A stretch of 64,000 nucleotides of DNA from NCBI GenBank assembly GCA_950097015.1, contig CATNEN010000038.1, positions 11,842,001 through 11,906,000 of the forward strand, in the 5' to 3' direction. The notes under the pieces were generated by a model. That model saw only the letters and a list, made by a program, of their open reading frames with translations. It made no database searches and had not been told where the DNA came from. The DNA comes from Macrostomum hystrix (lineage: Eukaryota; Animalia; Platyhelminthes). How positions within the stretch are numbered: position 1 is the stretch's first letter; the number at the start of each line of letters is the position of its first letter. The position numbers were made by a program, and so were the translations under genes. Shown here piece by piece: positions 1 through 11,500 of the stretch.

Positions 1-182
1 TGACATTAAAATAGTAACCGAAGTTAACCAAAGCCGGTAATTTTTTTGAAAAAATTTAAACAAACAACAAGCAACTTGTTATAGTAAGAAAATAAATAGC
101 AATGGCTGTTGTAGATTTCGGTTATTTGTTTGTTTATATGTAGTAAAATAAATAAAATGTTATTTTCTTGTCAGTATTTATG

Positions 183-324
183 ATTGGTTAAATTCGAGCT
201 GACCAATAAAATACAATAATATGTGTTTGTCGATTAAAGACAGTAAGCCATTGGTTGTAACTCATTGGTTGGCCAGTCAGCAATTGGCACCAAGGTTTCG
301 GCGGCCGCTGCGAGCGTCGATTGG
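183..324. promoter_or_regulatory. Cluster of six CCAAT/ATTGG boxes upstream of the NF-YA gene
   Basis: ATTGG at 183, 250, 264, 283 and 320; CCAAT at 203. A candidate non-coding exon follows at 521-628 (tttcacag| ... caag|gttaag). Confidence 0.55.
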
Positions 325-739
325 CCTACAATAGCAGCAACATCGGCATGCATCGCACACCTAAACTAATGTGGGATAAACTTTGGGAATAAATGTTTTA
401 GGCTTTTGGCCTTCCCGCCTTACGCCTAGCTAAGACCTAATGGGTAAACGATGGAATGTCGCAAGGCCTCAAATGATTATTGAGGTCTTCACAATATATA
501 GTACTTGCTCTTTTTCACAGGGATACAGCGAGTGTATCGTATTCTATAGCTAGCTACCAGCGATTTATAAATACTTACACTAGTTCAGCTTAGCTAGCTA
601 CTAGCCTAGCTAGTTTTGCTTTTGCAAGGTTAAGACAAAACAAGAAGATTTATTATACAATTTAGACAGTTATCATTTCTTTTCTATTTATTTTTATTGA
701 TTATGTTTTACAATTTAGATGGTATCATACAGCCTAGAT

Positions 740-1110
740 CAGGGGTCAGCAAACTCCGGCCCGCGGGCCAGATGCGGCCCTCGAAGCCCCTAAATCTGGC
801 CCGTTGCCCCTTCCACCACCTATAGTAGGCCTATCCTGTCTCATCTCTCCAGTGTCTTATCTGTCCTGTGTCTAATTATCTCTCCCCTGTCTCATCTCTG
901 CCGTGTCTCCCGTCTCTCTCCAGTCTTATCTATTCTCATCTCTGGCTCATCCCTCCCCTGTCTCGTCTATCTGGTGACTCATCTCTCCCATTTCTCATCT
1001 ATCCTGTGTCCCATCTCTCCCCTTTCTCATATTCCTACAGTTAATACGGCCCGCTGTCGTCCTATAGGTTCTCTCCGTGGCCCGCTCGCTAAAAAGTTTG
1101 CCAACCCCTG
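740..1110. mobile_element. Non-autonomous hAT (Charlie-like) MITE
   Basis: TIRs CAGGGGTCAGCAAACT / AGTTTGCCAACCCCTG; perfect 8-bp TSD GCCTAGAT (732-739 and 1111-1118); subterminal GGCCCG motifs. Confidence 0.9.
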
Positions 1111-2011
1111 GCCTAGATACTTAGCTTTGTCTCCAAATATATTCTAACTTAGGCATTTTTTAATGGCTATAGGCTATTGAATCTTATTCATGGCATCTTA
1201 AAATTGTGATAGGCCTATGCAAGATACCTTTGACCTGAAAATCTATTAATATTCATACAAACCCCTCATATGTATATAACTATAAAATAGCTTATATATA
1301 ATATTTGATAATTCTAGCCTACTTCTACCTTAGTTTATATATATACCTTGATTTAAATAGTTTTAGCTACTTTACTTCTTTTCTACCTAGTTAATTGATC
1401 ATTATATAGAAAACAAATCACATTAATTATTGATAGAAGTATGTAATTATTGTGTAAATATTCCATGATATATATGCTAGGCCTATAGGTTTTTTTTCTT
1501 ATTTTTTACATATTTTTCTTTAAAGTAATTTATAAAGAAGTATATTATATAGTCTAGTAGTCTATTATGTTCTATAAAGTAGTGTGTTAAAAAACAGTAT
1601 TTATATAATTTTTTTGGATCTAACAATTTAGGCAACTTTTTGGGACTCATTTGTTGCTATGTATTTGTAGGTTAGTAAGTAGAATAGTAGATTAATCTAA
1701 TGTAATTGCCTCTTACATCAAGAGCCTAAATGGTGACACCTCAATTGTTTAGAGCATAGCTGCAGAGAAGAGGTGGCAAATGTGACTTGTGCAATTCATA
1801 CAAGGTCAAAAGACAGTAAAAGTTCCATTGCCTTATGAGAAGATCACCTGCTGTGTGTCCATGTACATATGTTTTTATATGCTCAGGAGTCATCTATATT
1901 TAGCCAGCTTGCACATCCACACAAATAATGACATAAGCAACACATGCCAACACAAGAAATAGGCAATCTTGCTCAAATTAAGTACACATGCTTGCAGCTT
2001 CAACTGCCAAG

Positions 2012-3165
2012 ATGGTCACTAATCAGCAGCAGCAGCAGCATATGGCTGTGACTACAGCTAGCATGGGATCAGCCACTGTGATGGCTGCGGGGGCTCCTCA
2101 GGTTGCCCAGATCATTCAACTGCCAATGGCCGCTACAACTGTGGCCTCGCAACAGCAGCAGCAGCAGGCGGTGTTCTACGCCGCCTCAGCTGCACCAGCT
2201 CCAGCCGCCCAGCAGCTGCTAGCGATCCAGACAGCCGATGGGCAAATTATTCACCTGCCTGTTCAGTGCGCCACAGGGCCCAACGGCCAGATGGTGCTGA
2301 TGCTTCCGCAGGCGGCTACAGCCGGCACCGCTGCCGGACAGCCGATGACAATGGCCACGGTTGCCGCCGCGCCGACGCCAGTGCTGACGGGGGCAGCGAC
2401 TGTACAGCAGCAGGTCAAGACCGCTCCGTTAGTTGCCGAGGGCAACGAAGCGATGGCCGAACAGGCGGATCTAGATTTGCCTGACGCTGACGGTGAAGCA
2501 TCAGCAGCCGATGCAGACAGCGGAGTGGCTGTGGGCTCAGGCGGCGCTGGTGAAGAGGAGCCGCTCTATGTCAACGCCAAGCAGTATCACCGGATACTCA
2601 AACGGCGAGCCGCCAGGTAAGATTTGGTCTTTAGAGCATTAAGAAATTGTCCCAGACTGTCAGACTTCAGATTCGGACTCCCTGAATATCTCAAAACTAA
2701 AATTTAAATTTTCCATCAACTCCAACCTGAATATCCCTGAACTCCAACCTGAATATCCCTGAACTCCAGCCTGAATATCCCTGAACTCCAGCCTGAATAT
2801 CTATAAACTTCACCCTGAATGTTCCTCCGCGCAGAGCAAAGCTGGAGGCCGAGGGCCGCATTCCCAAGGAGCGCAGAAAGTATCTGCACGAGTCGCGTCA
2901 CAAGCACGCCATGAATCGGCAGCGCGGTGCCGGCGGTCGCTTCTTCTCGCCGCAGGAGCAGCTGGAGCATCAGCAGCAGCAAGAGCTGCAGCAACAGCAG
3001 CAGCAGCAGCAGCGGCAGCAGTCCAGCAGGGCCTCCACTGGCCGCGCTGTCGCCCAATCCAATCGGCCTGTGGCCGTGGCAGCCGCGCCGCTCAAAGTCG
3101 AAGGCGTCGTGGTGCTGGCAGCTGCGGCAGCGCCGACTGCCGCTCAGCTGCCGTCCGCTTCTTGA
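2012..3165 (+). CDS. NFYA: Nuclear transcription factor Y subunit alpha (CBF-B/HAP2 family)
   Basis: Exons 2012(or 1988)-2616 and 2835-3165. Q/A-rich activation region, then [21 protein letters not shown]|[36 protein letters not shown] across a phase-2 GT-AG intron. An acceptor cttgcag at 1991-1997 favours ATG 2012 as the start. Confidence 0.95.
2716..2822 (+). repeat. Intronic ~22-bp tandem repeat (ctgaatatccctgaactccarc)
   Basis: About 4 copies in the NF-YA coding intron. Confidence 0.8.
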
Positions 3166-5126
3166 TAATTAAGATGATAATCGCGATTTATTTATCTGTC
3201 TACAGGTATTAGAAAATTTTATCACAAAAACCCCTTTTACCTCTATGGTCCTGAGAATTTGAGGACAAGATCCAAATCCCTCTGAGCTAATGAATCCTAA
3301 TAATTTGAATGACTGATTTTCATTTAAGTCCATTGGTTGAAAAAGTTAGGGGATACAGAAAAAACGAAAAATGTTGGTATTTGAAATTTGTCTTTCTACT
3401 AATAGACAATATAAATCCCATTACCCATTGATAATGAGGAATCTCATATTAGTGTGTGCGAATTTCGCTGATAATAAAATCAGTAGCAGCGGTTATGTGT
3501 CAGCACCATGTACGAATTGTTAGTGCTGACATTGTTGATAGTAGATTGTGTGTCGTCCATAAGCTAGATCCGTCTAGCCAGTGTTTTTATTTCTGCTTTA
3601 TTTTGTCCTGCTACTAAATTATTATGCTTGTGTTTTTTTCAATAAAAAATCATTTGCATACACTTGAACGTAACCGTGTTTTTAGCTGACCTTTTAAACA
3701 TATTTAAAAATCTGAATTAAAGCACTTATTTGAGTCCGATCTTGTTAAAAAATTGACTCAAACACTTTTCAAACGACCTCTTCTGCTCCGGCACTGAGCT
3801 GCACTTTTAGCTGATGTTTCTAGTTTCTGTTTCTAGTCAGTCCGTGCATACTTGTAATTTTATTGTTTTGTAATGTCATACTATAAAGCATGAGTCAGTT
3901 TTTTTATTAAATTAATTGAGAAATAGATCGACTTTGTCCTAAATCTGATGTCCTCGGATGGAAGAGGACAGGTAAAGTTGATTTTTGTTTAAACAGTTTT
4001 TGCATTCATAAATTCATAATTTATTAATTGTTAATCAGTTTATCCGCGACTTAAGAATCTCGTCGACACAAATTGTTGTTGCGTAGCTTCATAACCAGTT
4101 TTTTAAGGTAATTATTTAAACAAACCTGGCTTGTTGTACACAGTTACTAATATAATGATTGTCAGAAATTTAACGGCAAACATAAGTGTTTTGCCCTACT
4201 CAGCTGTGCTGTCGAGTGTTTTTTTCAAATGATGAAACAAAATAGCTTCAGCTTTGTGAATTGTGTTTCGATTTTGTTTGTATGCTTGTCCTGTTATAGC
4301 TGTTGTACATAAAATGGAAAACTAATAAAATTTTATTTCTATATGTACCGAAACTGAGCGTGTGCAGCATAAATTGGAAATCAGCTAAATTGTTCGTCTT
4401 TTTTAATTTTGATAAATTATGATTGAAGCAGAAAGTGCTATTAATTTTGTTTTCATATTTGTTTAACGTTTATCTTGAAGAGTAGATTGAACTAATTAAC
4501 AACGTGTTAAAACAAAATTAGTTTATTTAAACTTAAAAAATATAGACAAACTTTAAACAGTAATTAGATTACTTACAATGTGTCGACTATTATCTTTTTT
4601 GGAATCATATTGTCATGACAATCCAGAAAGCGAATTCGAATTATGAGAATTGATCATCATGCATGCTGAGCTACCGTCGGTTTTTAATTTACGAGCGTAA
4701 ATAGCGATCGAATTAACAGCGTTTTTAATAATTATGCCCTCTATTCACTCACCAATTCATCCCGTACTTCGGTCTTGTTTACCTCTTCCAGTTCTATCCT
4801 CGCTTTCTTCTAGCTCACTCTTTCTCCCTCTCTGCATTTTGATTGGTCGCCATCTCGTCCCCTCTTAAAGTCTTTCTTTTTCTACCCTGCATGTTATCGT
4901 ATGGTCAACCCCCAGCCTTCAGCTAAACCCCAAGTCTATAAATATGTTGTCCTGGGCTTAAGGCACAGGCCATCGCAGTATTACTCTCATGACTGCCTGT
5001 AGGCCATCGCTTAACAGTTTCTACAGTCGACACATTTTTCTACCGCTTTCATCTTGCGCTGCTGCAGTCGATCTACCAAGATAAGGGAACAGGGATGAGC
5101 GTCTCTAAAGTGCACAGCCGTGTTTC

Positions 5127-6007
5127 TTAATCATCTCGCCGGTAGCTGCCAGACTTCCCGCCAGTTTTCTCCAGCAGCCGCAGGTCGCGCACCACGATGC
5201 CCTTGTCAACAGCTTTGCACATGTCGTACACGGTCAGAGCGGCCACCGCGCAGCCAGTCAGGGCCTCCATCTCCACGCCGGTGCGGCCGTCGCAGTCGAC
5301 TTTACAGGCGACGTCGATGCGCGGCTCGAGGCGGTGCACGGAGACGCTAGCCTAGAAGAAGCGAGGTCGAAAAGGCGTCGCATGATTAGTGACTCCCTGA
5401 ATGACTCAAAGATGCTATGAGACTGCTTCGCTAGAAAATGGACTACGCGGGGTCCATCGGATTTTAATTTTAGTAAGGTTATCTTAGAGTCGTTTGAGGT
5501 AAATTCTGGCAGTTATGATCCGCTAAACCTCCTCCGAAGGAGTTCCAGTCTAAATTATTACTCGTTAAGAAATCAACATGTGCAATCCTGTAAGTCGTAG
5601 CTATACTAGAACCAATTTGAACAGGATTTTTATATACTTAATAAACGACGCCAAACCTGAACATTGTTCAACGGCAGCTGATGACACAGGGGAATCAGCT
5701 CTGAAGTCCGCTTGGCGGCCATAACACCAGCTAGCTCTGCAGTCAGCAGAACGGAGCCCTTGGCCAAGCGACCGTCAGAGTCCAATAGTAGGCGATGAAG
5801 CTTCGACGACACAGTTAGATGGCAGGCGGCTTCAGCCGATCGTCTACTGACCGACTTGTCGCCCACATTCACCATACGAGGCCGGGCTGTGGCCACGTCG
5901 ACGTGACTCAAACTGTCGCCATCGCTGCTGATCGATCGGCAACAAGTGACGGTGTTGACAGAACTGATAGTTGTGGCTGCTAGCCTTTTAATAATTAGTG
6001 CTTGCAT
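5127..6007 (-). CDS. Cyclic pyranopterin monophosphate synthase (MoaC / MOCS1B-type), stand-alone
   Basis: Exons 6007-5657 and 5351-5127 (phase 0), 191 aa. Motifs [45 protein letters not shown] and [10 protein letters not shown]. The N-terminus is basic and S/T-rich, like a mitochondrial presequence. Confidence 0.92.
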
Positions 6008-6219
6008 GGCAGATGTCTTTGATTCTGATTGGACCGTGTTTTAAAGTACAAAGAAGGCAAGCTAAATAATTTCGCTGTAAAAGTTTTAGTTTTGAGTTTC
6101 AAGACGTTGCAGTCACTAAGGCTCTTTGCAGCCAAAGCAAATGGCCATTAATTTAATTGTCATAGTATAAACCATTCAGGTTAGTTGCTACCAAAGATTT
6201 ACAAATTCGACGTTCTGAA

Positions 6220-7632
6220 AGGATTATAGCTGAACCTGATTACCTGAGAAGATTATAGCTGAACCTGATTGCCTGAGAAGATTATAGCTGAACCAGATTA
6301 CCTGAGAAGATTATAGCTGAACCTGATTGCCTGAGAAGATTATAGCTGAACCTGATTGCCTGAGAAGATTATAGCTGAACCTGATTGCCTGAGAAGATTA
6401 TAGCTGAACCTGATTGCCTGAGAAGATTATAGCTGAACCTGATTACCTGAGAAGATTATAGCCAAACCTGATTGCCTGAGAAGATTATAGCTGAACCTGA
6501 TTACCTGAGAAGATTATAGCTGAACCTGATTACCTGAGAAGATTATAGCTGAACCTGATTGCCTGAGAAGATTATAGCTGAACCTGATTGCCTGAGAAGA
6601 TTATAGCTGAACCTGATTGCCTGAGAAGATTATAGCTGAACCTGATTACCTGAGAAGATTATAGCTGAACCTGATTGCCTGAGAAGATTATAGCTGAACC
6701 TGATTGCCTGAGAAGATTATAGCTGAACCTGATTACCTGAGAAAATTATAGCTGAACCTGATTACCTGAAAAAAATATAGCTGAACCTGATTACCTGAGA
6801 AGATTATAGCTGAACCTGATTATATGAGAGGATTATAGCTGAACCTGATTATATGAGAGGATTATAGCCGAACCTGATTATATTAGAGGATTATAGCTGA
6901 ACCTGATTATATTAGAGGATTATAGCTGAACCTGATTATATGAGAGGATTATAGCTGAAACTGATTATATTAGAGGATTATAGCTGAACCTGATTATATT
7001 AGAGGATTATAGCTGAACCTGATTATATTAGAGGATTATAGCTGAACCTGATTATATTAGAGGATTATAGCTGAACCTGATTATATTAGAGGATTATAGC
7101 TGAACCTGATTATATTAGAGGATTATAGCTGAACCTGATTATATTAGAGGATTATAGCTGAACCTGATTATATGAGAGGATTATAGCTGAACCTGATTAT
7201 ATTAGAGGATTATAGCTGAACCTGATTATATGAGAGGATTATAGCTGAACCTGATTATATTAGAGGATTATAGCTGAACCTGATTATATTAGAGGATTAT
7301 AGCTGAACCTGATTATATGAGAGGATTATAGCTGAACCTGATTATATTAGAGGATTATAGCTGAACCTGATTATATTAGAGGATTATAGCTGAACCTGAT
7401 TATATGAGAGGATTATAGCTGAACCTGATTATATTAGAGGATTATAGCTGAACCTGATTATATTAGAGGATTATAGCTGAACCTGATTATATTAGAGGAT
7501 TATGGCTGAACCAGATTATATTAGAGGATTATAGCTGAACCTGATTATATTAGAGGATTATAGCTGAACCTGATTATATTAGAGGATTATAGCTGAACCT
7601 GATTATATGATAGGACTATAAGTGAACCTGGT
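6220..7632. repeat. 29-bp minisatellite with two variant domains (gattatagctgaacctgattrcctgagaa / ...gattatattagag)
   Basis: About 48 tandem copies between the RBM39 3' end and the MoaC start. Confidence 0.97.
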
Positions 7633-8204
7633 GTTGAAGTATTAGAAGTGACAAAATATGGCGTCAATGAATCTTCAGTCTAAAAGTGCATTAAGAAAAT
7701 AACTAAGTTGGGTTAACAAAACAATAGTTTTCACAGGCATGACAATGCAAACACATAAAAAACATTAGCTTATTAGCAGCCTGAATTTGCTGCCTCATGC
7801 TAGAACAGTGTAATATGGCCTTGTAAGTTGATTATTTGTTAGTTTTTTAATTCAAGTTACAACAATCAGACAACTTAAGAACAGAGCAAGGTAAATGATA
7901 GGTTTTTAAGGAAAATTTTCTATGCGCGAAAATAGGGAAAGCTTAGGATAATTAGGTAGGAAATATGGAATATTACCCGAGAGTAGCGTTTTGGTAAGGA
8001 GGCCAAAATTACATGGTAGGTATGCAGCATGAGGACTAATTATAAATTTAAATTGAATTCAATGCTATTTTTGTTACCAGTTTTTACAGAAAAAGAACAT
8101 ACACACAGAGAATTTACCGTTGACAAGAATTTCCAGCAAAAAAACTTCCAACGACAAATAATATATAAAACAATTTGCGAAGTCACTCGCTAATCTTTTC
8201 TGAA

Positions 8205-8445
8205 ATTTAACCGATCGATAATAATTCCGCTGGTACTTTTCTAGACGATATTTTCGATTGACAACTAATAGATCACAAAATCGATTGATAATCGATAAAT
8301 CAATCGATTGATAATCGAAAAATAAGTCGATTGAAAATCGATAAATAAATCGATTGATAATCGATAAAATTATAGATCGGCAATTGATGAAAAAATCAAT
8401 TGATAATCGATAAATTAATCGATCGATAAATGACAAACAATCAAT
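8205..8445. repeat. Degenerate ATCGAT/AATCGATTGAT low-complexity repeat
   Basis: Many ATCGAT palindromes in the presumed RBM39 3' UTR. Confidence 0.6.
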
Positions 8446-8518
8446 AATGGTTAGATAACCAAGCCAGTCCTATATGATCAGTGAAGTCAATGTAATTGAT
8501 ATCTAATGTTTAAATAGT

Positions 8519-11500
8519 TCACTTGTAGATGCGCTGACCGCCCATGCTCTCCAGCTGCTGAATGATGGTGGATACACGAGCCGCCTCGGGGAACATCTTG
8601 TGATAGGACGGCAGCGGCATTGGGCTTGCCGAGATTGTCCGGCCGCCGAAGGACCGGCCGTGCAGGGTGCGCACGCAGTTGCTGGCGTCAGCGATGGTGC
8701 GGCACTTCACATAGACCAGGCCCTCGCGAGACACCGGATTCACCGAGCAGTGATCAACCACGGCGCCTAGCTTCTGGCACTCGTTGACAACATCTTCGCG
8801 AATCTCTTCCAGACTGATGCCAACCTCCGGCGTGAACATGTTGGACAAGACGAAGCAGGGCGTTGTGCCACCAGAGCCGCGTCCGCCACCGGTTGAGGCT
8901 CCAGCGGCGCCGGCTCGCAACAGCAGCTGCTGCTCCTTGGCCGCGGCCGAGGCCCTCAGGGCCTGCTGGGCCGGCTCCGGAATGGCCAGTCCGGTGCCCT
9001 CGGCTAGTCGGGCCATCAGCATCAGGCGGTCGCTGCTGCCCAGGCTGATGCCAGCTCGATCCAGTTCGTCCATGGAGTCGAGGGCGCTGCTGCCACTCCC
9101 GCCTGCAGCTGCGGCAGCGCGAGCACTGTTCAAAGTGTTCTTGTCTAGCAGGTGACTTACCTGCCCGATTAGAAAGGGATATTTAAATAAAAATCACATC
9201 TAATATCTAATTAAGGGACAGATAGACAGGGGAGCTTGCGGCCCATTGGTTGGAGTTCGAATCTTTGAAGGATACAAGCTAAATGGTACAGTTTGAGCAA
9301 TGTCCTTGAACAATACACGCTTTTATAGGGTGGGGTATTCTTAGACTTCTATCTGATCAACTTGGTAACTAAAAACTTCAACTCTTGTCTCTGATTGACT
9401 AGCTAGTAATAATAATAATTATAAAATAATTGCAGGAGGGCTGCGGGCAATGGCACATCATTCACTAGACCCTAGACACTAGACCTGCAGCCAGCACAGA
9501 TACTTTATGCAGGCACACGCTCACACAGGTGTGTACATCTGAAATGTACACAGCCTGACATCTGAATTTCTCATCGTCAGGCTGTGTACATTTCACTGTG
9601 CCTTGGAGGTTGGTCCTCAAGGGCGTAAATGAATGTGGCCTCGCCGCGGAATCGAACTTAGGGATCGTGGTGCGAGAGGCAAACGCGTTAACCGCTCTGC
9701 CACCGACCTCCTTTGGCTAGCTATTTGTCTCTCTTTTCTGTACAAGCATTACAACCGGACTCACCTTCATAGCCCTGCCAGCCAGGTCGAAGCCGTTGAG
9801 CTGTTCGATGGCATTGTTAGCATCCTCCCCATTGTGATAAGTGACAAATCCGTAGCCAGCAGACAGGCCGGTGGCCGCGTCCTTCACAAGTTTCAATTCG
9901 TCCAACGGTCCGAATGGCTCGAGAATGCCGCGCAGCATCTCGTCCGTGATGCTGGGATGCAGGGAGCCGACGTAGATTTTCACCGGCCCACTGCCCGGAT
10001 TAGCCGGGTTGGCGCCGCCAGCTGAAGTTGAAGCGGCTGCCGCAGTCTGAGCGCTGGCTCGGTTCTTCTCGGCCTGGGCGCTTTGCACCTGGATTGGCAC
10101 GCCTAGCAGCTTTGTGCCTGCAAGCGGAAGAGGGGGGAATATATTGTGAAGGTATTGAGCACATCGTGAGAGGCGACTTGAATAATTTGATTCTAAGAAA
10201 TAAATTAGACATCAGGATGGAAGATTTCGGGACCAAGACCTGACGGCTAAGAATTCAAGGACCAATACCAAAAATATTTATAATTTAGGATGGAATCTGA
10301 AGGATTTGTAATTTAAAACCAAGACCTGTAGGATTAAGAATTCAGGCACCAAGACCTGAGGGATTAAGAATTCAGAGACCAAGACTTGAAAGACTTATAA
10401 TTCAGGCACCAAGGCTTGTAGGATTAAGAATTCAGGGACCAAGACCTGAGGGATTAAGAATTCAGGGACCAAGACTTGAAAGATTTGTAACTCAGACACC
10501 AAGGCTTGAAGGATTAAGAATTCAGGCACCAAGACCTGAGGGATTAAGAATTCAGAGACCAAGACTTGAAATATTTATAATTCAGGCACCAAGGCTTGAA
10601 GGATTAAGAATTCAGGGACCAAGACCTGAGGGATTAAGAATTTAGGGACCAAGACTTGAAATATTTATAATTCAGGCACCAAGGCTTGTAGGATTAAGAA
10701 TTCAGGGACCAAGACCTGAGGGATTAAGAATTTAGGGACCAAGACTTGAAAGATTTATAATTCAGGCACCAAGGCTTGTGGGATCAAGAATTCAGGCACC
10801 AAGACCTGAGGGATTAAGAATTCAGAGACCAAGACTTGAAAGACTTATAATTCAGGCACCAAGGCTTGAAGGATTAAGAATTCAGGGACCAAGACCAAAA
10901 ATATTTATTATGTAGGATCGAATCTGAAGGACTTGCAATTTGAAACCAAGACCTGAAGGATTAAGAATTCAAGAACCAAGATTTGAAGTATTAAGAATTC
11001 AGGGGCTTGAAGCATTTGAAATCGAAAGGAAAATTGATTTCACAACACACCAGTAAGTCCAATAGCCAGAGGCACAGAGTCAACATCCTGAAACTCCACG
11101 TAGGCGATGCCCTTAGACCGGCGAGTCCTATTGTCCATAATCAGCCGAACATCGCGAACTTTCCCAACGCTAGAGAAGAAGTCGTCCAAATCTCGCGGCC
11201 GAATGCGCAGCGACATCTGCCAGACGAAGACGGTGCGAGCGTCGCGGTCCTCGGGAGTCAGCTCCGGTGTGTGGCCGCGCGAGATCCGATTGTTGTCCGA
11301 CTGCCAGAACAGGACGCCGCCCTTGCCGCGCTGCAGTTGGGCGCCTGGCGATCTAGATCGGGATCTGGATCGGCGATGACGGCGCCGGTCCCGATCCCGA
11401 TCGCGGTCCCGGTCTCGATCGCGGTCCCGTTCCCGATCGCGGTCCCGCTCCTCGTCTCGATGACGATCCCTATCGCGGTCCCGGCCTCGCCTGTGGTCCC

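Noticed and set aside
10210-11015. CRISPR-like array
   Set aside because: The units are contiguous variants with no unique spacers; the context is a eukaryotic intron and there are no cas genes.
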